This document shows, piece after piece, positions 38,201-49,972 of a stretch of 64,000 nt of DNA. The notes below the pieces were generated by a model. It worked only from the letters and a program-made list of their open reading frames with translations, had not been told where the DNA came from and searched no databases. The stretch's first letter is position 1, and each line of letters starts with the position of its first letter. Source of the DNA: Thalia democratica. Taxonomy: Eukaryota. Made by a program: the position numbers and the translations under genes. Location: NCBI GenBank assembly GCA_965202585.1, contig OZ241830.1:76136001-76200000 (forward strand), read 5' to 3'.

Positions 38201-41200
38201 TTTAACTACTGTAAAATAGTAATGTATCAAGCAAAAAGTTTTTTTTTTGAAATATGTTTTACAATATATTAAAACTTGATATACCATATTTAATATTGAT
38301 TTAACCTGTTGAAAAAAAAACAACTGAAAAATATTTGTATAGGATCACTTTTAAAAGAAAAAAATCATCATGTATACTACATGCTTGTTTTACAGAATAC
38401 AGGAATGTGGATGTTGGATCTGGCTGGAGTTACGATCGGGCAATTTGGGTTGACATGAACAGAGATGGTTTGAAAGATTGCCTCACTGCTAGGTACAGGG
38501 ATGGAGGTAATGTCTAAAACTCTAAAGTTTTAGTTTTATTATTTTTTTATTAAAAAACAAATCGTTTGACTGCTTTACTACGAAAATACTACACTTTTTT
38601 TTTGATTGCAATAACTAGTTTCTTATCAGATTTGTTAGAGAAACAATTTTAAAGCTTAAATTGTTGACATTACAAGGTTACTTTATCTAGTCTGAGTAAA
38701 AACTTCAGTACTATGTTGAATTTTGTTTTCAGTCGGTCAGCTGCTATTTTTCACGCAACCAAACGGTCAGGGGGTGTGGAACCAAAAGATAATAAATGAG
38801 GGAGAAGCGGACGGCAACTTCAAAACTATACAGCATTACAAGAGGAACTACATAGTTGTGGCTGCCAATCAGTTCTCGTCATTAAGTGTGTTTTGGACCA
38901 CTGGTGAGATGTTTTATATTTTTAATGAGATATTATACACCAGTAGTGCAAAGTTGGTACAGTTTGTACTTGAAAGTTTAACTGGTGCTAATTGAACTCA
39001 TTAAAAAACCTTGACCATTAGTTAGTGCCTTGTTTTCTTAACTTGAGTTTTCGTACATATAGCACATTGTAGTGGTTAAAAATAGTCATGATGAGTTTAA
39101 AAGGTTCAAATTGCTTAGAATACATAAAAGGTTTTTAGGATTTGTTTTTCATAGCCCGTCTCTGATGAACAATTATTAAAAAAAATATTCTGAGTTGTTA
39201 TTAATAAGCAGTATTTTCAAATTTTAAGGATTGTAAAAAAACATAAGTTTATGATAAAATTTGGTAATAAAATTATATAAATTGTATTTCAGATCCAAAA
39301 GGCAAATGGACAGATGAGAAGAAATTAAGGAAGAATGTAGTTGATAATTACGGAAAATATTACGATGTACAGCATGTTGATTTGAACAATGATAAAAGAA
39401 AAGACATTTTGACAACTACTATCAAGTTAGCTTCACATGTTTATATATGACAAAAAATATTCAGTAAAACTATTAAGAAAGCTTTACAATCTACAATAAA
39501 AATAAAAGAAAAGACATGATCACTACAAATATTAAGTAGAATTAAAAGTATATAACGCTTTTTAAAACTTTACATTGTTAAATTAACTTACTATTTTTTT
39601 TGTAGCAAAAACTATTTTTCTCTAATTTTTGAAATAACTAACTATTGACAAGTTTTTTGAGTGTAAAAAGCCTATAATTAAATATAACGTTAACTTAAAG
39701 CTCATTATTTCAACTGTTTGTAAATGTACATAGACAGAACTCAAATGTTAGTTTGCATGTATATCTTTTGCACAACGTCAATAAAAATAATTTTAAAGTT
39801 TTACAACTAAAGAAATATTCAAACCACTTTCAGGGTATCGGACGCTAGGGGTCAGGTTTTGGGTTACGACCTTCCTGACGACCTTAGGTACGGAAAGTGG
39901 AAAAGGAAGGTTTTGGCAACAGGGTTTGACAGCGCTTACTCGCCAGGAAAGGCGATCGCATATTTTCCCAACAAGTTTAGACAAAAGTGAGATTGTTATA
40001 ATCGTGTAATTAATTGTAGTATATTAACTGTCTAGTTATTTCATAAATTTTTGTGAGGTTGCAAAACAAGATAAAGCATAATTTCCTTACAAGTTAAAAA
40101 GTGAAATTTTACTAGTACTTTTATAACATAATAACAAAAATTATGTTGAGCAGTGTTTTTATCAAAGTTATTTATTAATTTTTTAGCTTTTTAATCTTAA
40201 GCTAATAAATAGCCACTTAAAATTAGCTGTAGCTATCACTAGGAAATTTGCACAAAAGTCTCTTTCATACAGCAAAAATACTCGACTTTTTATAATAAGG
40301 CATACTTTAAATTTTTTAATTAACTATATTGGTTTGTAAACTTTCATTTATCAGTATTGCAACACTTACCATTAAATAATCTAAATAAAACGAGTTCGTA
40401 CTTGAGTTGGTAAAACATAACCATCTAACAAAAGCTCGGTTGCAATTTTTTAAAACTCAGAAAATGCTTGGTTTTACTAAAAACCTTTGTTGATGAATTA
40501 CTTTGGTTTGTAAACTTTTATTTATTCTTTCAGAAGCGAACGACCCTCTATATTCCTGACGGGCGGTTCTTCGGGTAAACTCTTCATTCTTTCCCCTAAA
40601 CCGAAAACCAAAGGGTGGACTTACGTTAAAACATATGTGAGCTTATTTTATATATTGTTAGTGTAAAAACCGCGAGATATCACAATTAAATATTTTGTGC
40701 TACTAGCAAGTAAAACAAAAACAAGTTAGCTAACATTTATGTACATTAATCGAATTAAATCTTAAAAAAAAGAAACTACTTTTTGTTACTACGTAACCTT
40801 CTAACCTTAATTCTAAAAAATCAGTTCAAACAATTTTCAACACTGTGCTTATTTTATATTAAGCTTAAAAACTGCAAGACATCACAATTCAATATTTTGT
40901 GCTACTAGCAAGTAAAAAAAAAACAAGTTTATATACATTGCTCGAACTAAATCTTTGCAAGAAATATATGAAACTACTTTCTCTTAGTAAATAAGCTTCT
41001 AACCTCCATTAAAAATGATGTTTGTGCGATAATTTAAAGCCAAAAACTCTTCAACACTGTGCGCTTTTTACTGCAGTATTTTCAATTTTATGAAAAAAAT
41101 TTAAACTTACAACTTGATAAATAATTTGAAACTAAAAAAAAAAATAACAATCCAGATGCAAGTAGCAACAGTGGGAGCTGTTGGTATCCCCTGGATCGGT

Positions 41201-44200
41201 GACCTGAATGGGGATTCGTACCCGGAAATATTCGTGCCCCAGGGAAACAAGCTGCACATATACGCTTATGGTATCTGTTATTTGATTAATAAAATAATTG
41301 TACTTGAATAATTTTAACTTGGGACAATGAAAAACACTTTGTAAACATATTTTATAAATACACTTACAATTTATATATTTTTTTTTCAATCAGTATACTT
41401 TTAGTCAATAAACTTTTTTCAAAGCTCTGATTTTCTACAAATTGATCAAAAAACTGTAAGTTATAGATCGACAGAAGTTTTGAAACTTTATCGTACATAA
41501 GTAAAGCAATAATTATTTTATTCCAACAAATTAAAAAACTTTTAAAATTAACGTATAATTTCCACTCAGGTAACTAACTTAAAAGAGTTTATTTTTATAC
41601 ATTTTATTTAAGATAAACTCAAAAATAAATTAATTTTTCAAAGTTTAAACTATTTGGCAAGTTTGTGGTTTTAAAATATCAAATTTAATAATATACTTAC
41701 AAGTTTTTAAAATAAAGAATATTTACTTCTAGTACAACCGGTTTGTAATCGTATCAGTTCAGACCGCAATATACTTAACAAACTCATTAGTGATTTCAAC
41801 TGTGATAAAAAATACTCATAACGTTTAGCTGTGTTTTTTAGTAGTGTAACTAGTAGAATTTGATTTTTTGATTATATTTTTTCAAACAGTAGCATAATAC
41901 GACGTTTATAATACTCAATTATGCGTTTGTTAATGTTCAATATATGTGTAGTGTGCAAAAAAAAAGTATAAAGCTTGTTTTAGGTAAAAATACGTTTTAT
42001 TAAGGTTGAAACACCAAATAATGCTTCAAACTTGTTTCTACCAGTTGAAGACAAAAATAATTTTTAATCTGTAAATAAACTACAAACTTGTTTAGTATGA
42101 AATTTAATTGTCTTGCATAAGTGTTCTATACTTTCAAATTAATCGAACTTTTAAACATAAAACATTCAATCGAATATTTTGTAATAATCAATAAAAGTCT
42201 ATTATGTCAAACTGGAAATACTTAACTGTTTATTGTCTTGCTTAAGTCTCATCTTTGTTTTTAAACTCAATTCTTCAACATAAAAGATTTACATTCAGCA
42301 AAATTAAAGTTTAAACTATGAAAAATTCATTTTTTTATTATATAAAGTGTTTACCTTTTTTGTTGGGCAACAACTTTAACATACTTTTATATTTCAAACT
42401 CAAAATCTGCAGCTTGCTTATCTTAGTAACTGCTCATTGTAAAAGTTCTTTTTATCACACAAATTTCATTTTACTTAATTCAAGACTAATATTCAACCAA
42501 ATTGAAACAAAATATTAAAATAATACATCTTTTGAACGGATTACGCATATCTTCTGCTTAAAATTAAAGAATCTATTTTTCGTAAATGTTCTTTTTGTCG
42601 CCTTAGTCCCATTAATTTATGGTATTAGAAATTAATAAAGGTAATTTTATAAAAACAAATACTAAACTGATTTTTTCCAAACAGATTACGTAACATCGGC
42701 GGCGGACCCGCCCGCGTCAGCATTGGTCGATGACGATTCAGCGAAACCCGTTAAAAATAAACCAATCAAAAACCGACCTCCATACTACAGACCATCCATT
42801 AGTAGCGGGCCTGTTTTTCAGTGAGTTGTTTTTGATTAATAATATTTTAAACTATAGTTACCTCATATTTACAATACTCTTTATAGTTATAAAACATTTC
42901 AAATATGTAAACTTTCAATCTTTAGTTATTATTTGTTTAAAGTGTGCATAGATGTATTTTAAAAACCATTTGAAAGCATAGAAAACACATTTACTAAAAT
43001 ATTTAGAGGCGGAGAAAAGAAAAAGCCAGCAGAAACGGCTGATAAAAAAGAAACAGCAACTAAAAAGCCTGGTGTGGATAAAAAGGAAGAAACCAAAAAG
43101 GAAGAGGTTAAAAAAGAAGAAGTGAAAACAGAAGTTCTGAACAAAATACAGAATCCAGTCCAATCTAACAGCTATCAGGCAAACCCGAACATACCAGTTA
43201 CTTTGTTCAATGGAAAACAAACTGTAGTTGCTAAGCCGTACAGTAGGATGCAAAACGGACAAATTGTTTATCAGGTTCTTAGTTAATATTTTCGTTATGT
43301 TTGTTAAATTATATAATATAACAAATGTTATTACTAGCTAAGTTTTTTAAATCTGAACATTAACTGCTTAACTGTTCCTTAAAACCTTAATTTTTATCAT
43401 TAAATATTCAAGATAAAAAAGATTTCTATTATCTAAACTAAATGTTATATACTAGACTTTCAATAGCTAAAAAAAATTTATTCGTTATTCTGCATTAACA
43501 AAACATTAAAAGTTTGATTATAAGGAGATGGCTATTTACAAGTCAAACTTATTTCCTCAATGTTACTAATCACTTAATACTTCTCCAACTAAAAGTTTTA
43601 AATTTTGTAACAGGTAGATACAGCTAGTAGTGGTGCTTCTAATCAGCAGCCATTTATAGTGGTCAACCAGCAAACAGCCAACCCGCAACCAATCGTACCA
43701 ACCCAAGCACCAACAACCAATAAAACTAACAACCAATTACAACCTGATTCTCAGTTTCAAGTTATTCCCCAGCAGCCGACCTATGTTCAAGTCAGTTGAT
43801 CGTATCATTGGAGAAACCCATAAGTTCAAAAAATTACAAATTTGTTATTTACCAGTGTCAATCAAAAACTTTAACAAGTAGTGACTTTTACAAAACCAAA
43901 TACTTTGTAATGATTTTTTTGTTAATTCTTTTATTTTTAATACTAAGTTCACACATAGCAAAGTATTGATTTGAAAAGAAAGAAAACAGGTAAGCCGTAA
44001 TCCGGGGTCAAAAAACAACTCCAATTAACTATTGCTTCAGACAAAGCTTTTTTGTATTGATTTGAAACTTTTAAAATCGTCTTATAATTACAGATATCAT
44101 ATTTAAATTCTAATCAAACATGTACAACCTAAGACATAATTTGTTTTTCTTCTTTCCAGCCACAACCAGTGTACATGCCGAACCCGTTCTTGAACCCTTT

Positions 44201-47200
44201 CAACCCATTCGGACAGATGATGCAACCCCAAATAGTCCCTCAACCGTTTTACGTGGTCCCGCCTTCGACCAGCCTGGTCACACCTGTAACTACCAAGTTT
44301 GTTTTAATTACTTATATACAATGAAATATTTTAGCGGTTTTTATATGATAGTTGTGCGTAGTTTAGTTCAGTTCGATCTTTTAACTTTTTTACTATTGTT
44401 ACATTTTTGCGTTTTAAACCGATTTTAATATGTTTCATGTAAATAAAACTGTTTTTATAATTGTTAATAATTATACTAAATCACATATATAATCATATTT
44501 TAGAGAACAGCCAAAGATTTTACTCTTGTAAATAGAGCTTAAATTTTTAAAGCAAATAATACTAATTTTACTGTTCTAATTACTTAAGTGTTTTATTGGT
44601 GCATTCATTTAGAATTTAAAACCTAGTTTTCCTGTATTTTTCCAGCTTGGAAGTTCATTACAAAACATTGATAAAAAATTCAAAGTTTAAACTCAACTAA
44701 AACATTTTACTAAACTTTAGATAGCTATTATCAAGTTTTACATTCAAATAACGTGAAAAGTTAATGGTACCGAATAAAAGTATATTAAGTGTCTTGCATA
44801 TATAAATTGTGTACTCTGTTTAGAAAAACTAATTATTATTACTACTTGATAGATAGCACGTAGTATTTATAAATTCAAGAAGTTCGCCATTGTCTGTTAT
44901 TTGCAATTTTTAATTGTCTTTTGATCTTACTGTGTACCTATTGTCTTCTACCACACATATTTCGGTGTGTTGGTCAGCAGTGTGCATTTTTTGGAGCCTT
45001 GTGACAATAGAACTAAAAAAACTTTTGAATAACAGGAGCACTACTAAAGCAACTGAATCAACACCGATCACAACTACAGAAGAGAGAACGACTAACTTTC
45101 TTGATGCAATTAATTTAGGTAAGACTGATGTTGCTTATTTATCTGGACTTAATAACCAATCGTAAGTTCTTGAAACTAAGTAAGCATTAAAATTGTAGTT
45201 TTTACTTTAGAAAATGCACAAAAGCTTTGAAACATTTCAAGCAATTAAGCTCTAGCTTTTATAACCGAGACAAAGTATCTTATAATATAAGTTAAAAAAA
45301 GTATACCTGAAAATACACGAAAAAATTTAGTAGATAAAGTTAATTTGAGATTAGTATTTGAAAACCTAAAAAAGAGTTGTCAAGGCAATCATAATAAAAA
45401 GATACAAGTGTAAAAAACACTTAAGATATAGCATTTTTGTTCGTTTATTATTGTACCTTATTAAAGTATCATATCGTTTAATAGATCAAAACCTAACACT
45501 ACAGCGGACCGCAAATCCATCAAAAAAGGCCTGAATACCTAAAACTATTAAATAATAACTTGATAGTTGTCTTTAACATCTTACATATTTTATTATCAAT
45601 GTAGTTATGAAAATCTACAGCGGACTACAGAGCTATCAAGAAAGGACCGGAGTACCTGAAACTGACCAACGCGTTGTACGAGACTCACGACATAGCGGTT
45701 GTCAGTTGTCAGGCTATGGACAGGAAACTGTGCAGTTTGAAGGAGCTGCAGGTAAAAAAGTTCTACTATATCTAAAACATTTATATATAGAGAAATAATT
45801 AATTTAAGATAAATAAACTTTTGCCTGGAACATTTGTTTCTGCATCGAAACGCTTTCATCAGCTAAGTGTTTTGTTTGATGTTACACAAAAATAAATTTC
45901 GCCCTTCCTAAGCAGGCACAAAATAAATATAATGATAGATGTATTTAAACATTTTTATACAATTTTTTCTCAGTACGCGCTTACTGTGGAGCACGTGATA
46001 CCCGACACCGTGTGGGGATGGTACGAAGTTGGGGGGAGGGCGGCCAAGCTGGAGAGTTGTGTGCCAGGTTAGCCAAGTAGAATTATAATTATCAATATTG
46101 CGTCGGGTAATATGATTTTGAATGTTTTAATAAGTAAAAGTTTATAAAAAGTAAAGTTTAGTGAAACGGATGAAGGTTTTGAGGATTGAAATAAAGTATA
46201 TTTGTGTTAAACTAATAATATCTTTGGCTTAAAAATAAAATAAGTTAAAAGTAGCAGTTTTTGGAGAAAAGTATGATTTGCTAAAAAGTATAAAAAGTAA
46301 ATTTTTCTGAATTTGATAAAGACTTTCTGATTTAAAAGTAATTACAAAACTTCATTTTCAATAGCTTTAACTCAAGTTAAGCAACTTTGCTTAATTAACT
46401 ATAAAATATTGTTCTATCATTTTTTATTATTATTATATTGTTTATTGTGCAATGTTGGACTCAGGCATCAAAACCTGAGCCACTTAAACAGGACACACAA
46501 AAAGAGAAAAAGAAAATAAACTTATATTCAAAACTTTAAGATAAATTATACATATATATATATACAAACATAATTTAAATGGAAACACAAAGTTAAACAC
46601 AATATGATAAACAAATGAACTAAATTGAAAATTCAGTTCAAAAAATTCAAATTTATAATTTGCTTAGTACACACAGTAAAGAAGTTTGTCTAAAATCATG
46701 GCTTATAAAACAATATTCATAAATACAAAATATATAAGTAAACTAATAGTTTGTAGGGGGGAGGCGTAGGGAAACGAATATTTTTCCTTTTGTTACAGTG
46801 GAAAATTAGTTAATTTTACTGGTATTTATCGTATTTAAGTCAAATCTTTTTAGCTTTAAACGAAATTGTTCTACCCTCTCACAAGATACTATATCCTGAG
46901 GTAGTCTGTTCCACATAGCTTTTGCTCTGTGAAAAAATGCGCCTTGCCACTGACTGTTTTGAAAATCATGTTTACATTTTATTTTCAAATTATTTCCTCT
47001 TAGTTGATATTTATTTTGGGAAAAATTAAAAAACTGGTCAAAAAAACTTTTATATTTGCCATTGATAATTTTGTAAAGAATTAATAAATCAAATTCCCAT
47101 CTTCTATATTCCAGTGATTTCAATCCAAATTTAATCATTCTATCATTATATGACGTGTAAGATATGTTGCAACGATTACAAATATGACGGGTAAAACTCC

Positions 47201-49972
47201 TTTGCACAGATTCAATTTTGTTAATATCCTTTTTTAAATGGGGTGACCAAATTTGGGTACTAAACTCAAGTTTAGGGCGAACGTATGTTTTAAATAGTTT
47301 TGTCAGAATTGAAGCAGAATTAGTTTTAAAACTTTTCAATATTTGATAACATGTAGTTTTTGCAATCTTATATAAATAGTTGATATGTTCATTCCATTTC
47401 AAATCTTTGGAAATATAAATTCCTAAATCTTTAAAAACTTTAATTTCTGGTAACTTGATGTTATTGATTAAGAGGTCAGTTGGAGAAGATTCTTTTTTGT
47501 TAATGGTTAGAATTTTACATTTGCTAGGATTTAAGTTTAGTTTTCTTGTTTTTAACCATATGTAAATATTATCTAAAGATAGTTGTAATGAAGTATTTGA
47601 CTGACTAAAGATTTTGGCATCATCTGCAAATAAGCTTAACTCACTTTTAATATCAATGTTTGAACAAATATCATTAATATAAATTAAAAAGAGAAGGGGA
47701 CCAACTACACCACCTTGTGGTACTCCACTGTAGATTGTTAAAGAGTCAGAAAGCGTATTATTGATGAGTACTCTTTGTGATCTATTATTTAAAAAGTTAT
47801 CAAACCAGATAGATTTCAAACTAGATACTTAGCTAAATCATAGATACTTTTATTTTAAAGATTTTTTTTTTGTGTTTAGTCTAATATATACTTATTGTTT
47901 CCAAACACAACAAAAAGTATTTTTTATTTCATCAGGAAATGTTAAATTTGAGGGAATGGAATGTTTCAACGGGGACATAATCCACACTCCGATCAGAAAG
48001 AACCACGCTTTCAAATCTTTCTGTTGCGCCACAGTGAATGATGCTATCCTTACTAAAGATAAATACATGTACGTTATTATACAGTGTTTATTGTTTTATT
48101 TCAAGTAGTTGACAACCTTTGAAAATTGTTATTTTATATTTAGCTTATAGTACAAACTCGTTTGTTTCAGACTTTAAATATACACAAGTCTAAATAAGTG
48201 CGTAAAATATTGTTAATTGACAACACAATGAACTCTATAAGATATAAATTACTGCATTATAAACAAAATAAAAATAATTTTTTTTATTTACAAAGTGTTT
48301 TATCAAGCAGTTTTTACAGATAACAATATTTTCAATTTTTTTGGTAAAATATGTGTATTGCAAAGTTTTAATTTGACAACTAGTTTTATCAAGAAACTTT
48401 TTATTTAAGCTATTTTGCACAGGACACACGACGAAGCTTACGTGGGATGCAGGAAACACGATCATCATTTGTGCACTTATACGGATATGTTTGACGTGTA
48501 CACACATGTTAGTATTTTAGTAACTATTTATGTACAGACAAAGTAAATTATTGCTTGTTGTTCAGTATAAATTTACACAAAATTTCGAAAAAAAAAGTAC
48601 GTAAGTAAGCATGTAAAAAATGTTTTGGAGTGTAGTAACTTTAAACAATTGCAGTTGTTGCAAATTAATAAAACTATATTAAGCACTCCATTCTAACAAA
48701 ACTTTCTTTGCATAATTTTTAAATAAAAATCTGACTTAATTTTCTTTTTAATGTCTTCTTATGACTTTTTAAAATCCTTCATAAAAGATTTTTGCAGTTT
48801 TAATGTTCATTAGTTTTTTTCAATAAATTTCCGTTTTTATTGAATCAAACATCATGGTGTCTTAAACAGTAAATATACTAGGACATGACGCTTATAAGAT
48901 TTTAGTAATTCAAACAAAAATTAATTGGCTTTTCCGGTTTTATATTTTCAAACGAGACTTGTCTCATAAAGTTAAGTTTATGATAGTATAATCATCATTT
49001 GATCGAATTTTTTAATAAACCGGTAAGACTTCTCACTTAATTTTTTCAAAGGCTAAAGCCTACTAAAGTAGGTTTTTTTTAAAAGGTATTTGTCACACTA
49101 CTCATGTTATATTTTTCTCCACAGTCAACGTACAAGGACATGACTTGGGGATGGTTCCACGAGAAGAATAAGATGATAAGGATGTCGAAACAGTGCAATG
49201 AGAATGACGAGCCGTGGCAGGGGTACAAGTGCCATGAGGGACTGTTCGAAACTAGTCCTGTCAGGTAAACAAAATTGTAGAAATATTAATAAACTTTACA
49301 AATATTATATAAGTATGATGAGTAACTTTTTGAAACAAGTCCTGTGAGGTAAATATATTTATATATAAATTAATAAAATTTATAGTATAAGGATACAAAT
49401 GTCATCAAAATAAGGATACAAATTTTTTGAAACTATTATTGTCAGGTTTGAAAAATCTATATTTAACAGTAACTAGTCCTGTAAGATGTATTTAAAAATT
49501 GATAATAAAGTTAATAAAATGTTTTCGTGTAAGAGCCATGAGGGACTGTTTGTAATTATCTCTGTGAAGCAAATTTGATACTTTTATTTTTAAATAGTAC
49601 TTTTTACAGTTAATGTACCATACACTAGTTATACAACACTTATAAGCTGTTGAATATTTAAAACATCAACTGTAAAAAATATTTTTATAAGAACTCATGA
49701 TAGAACAATGAAAAATTATTTCAAACTTAACAGTTCTAATTAAAATTTTTAACCAAATATCATCTAAACAACCTACCAGTAGAAAAAATCTAAGTAATTT
49801 TTTTCTTAATAGTAGGCAAAATTTTAACATTATTTTTACTAATTTGTTTTTTACTTACAGATCTAGAGTGGAGGAAAGTGCCTACTGCTGCCCAAACAAT
49901 TCAACAAAAATAAACATTTCATTGTTCACACTAATTTCAATAATGATATTAACTACTAGCTGGTCTCTGTAA
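35281..49972 (+). CDS. 884-aa cell-surface protein: signal peptide, FG-GAP/VCBS beta-propeller, low-complexity stalk, 2 Link-like modules, GPI-type tail
   Basis: 21 exons, all GT-AG and phase-consistent, 2655 nt with no internal stop: 35281-35397, 37348-37436, 37517-37578, 37867-37971, 38396-38506, 38733-38903, 39293-39425, 39834-39986, 40534-40636, 41156-41270, 42685-42820, 43007-43274, 43614-43790, 44160-44296, 45036-45118, 45621-45751, 45974-46067, 47936-48068, 48423-48507, 49125-49264, 49861-49972. Ca-loop motifs are VDMNRDGLKD, VDLNNDKRKD and GDLNGDSYPE. The individual exons are well supported, but their joining into a single gene is inferred. Confidence 0.68.
40670..41075 (+). repeat. 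Intronic tandem duplication (~200 bp x2)
   Basis: atcacaatt.aatattttgtgctactagcaagtaaaa occurs at ~40678 and ~40880, and the downstream similarity continues. Confidence 0.75.
46420..47825 (-). mobile_element. 5'-truncated CR1-type non-LTR retrotransposon (RT C-terminal half, 3'UTR, AAT tail)
   Basis: Uninterrupted 337-aa ORF with GVPQGGVVGPLLFLIYIND and LFADD RT motifs and a CR1-like C-terminus (LRGNNLKI, MWNRLP). It has a 3' stem-loop ctcagg/cctgag at ~46460-46480 and an (AAT)n tail at ~46420-46440. It lies antisense within intron 17 of the host gene. Confidence 0.92.

Noticed and set aside
42915-43262. Minus-strand Phe/Ser-rich ORFs
   Set aside because: They are antisense shadows of the K/E-rich stalk exon.
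44914-45035. Hydrophobic in-frame extension upstream of exon 15 as the signal peptide of a separate Link-only gene
   Set aside because: It has only a TTG start and no ATG. The acceptor at 45035 fits the upstream exon phase. Not fully excluded without cDNA.
45607-45798. ORF-track frame MKIYSGLQ... as the coding frame
   Set aside because: The alternative frame from the acceptor at 45620 gives the Link-like repeat and has high GC3. It also ends in the phase required by the next exon.
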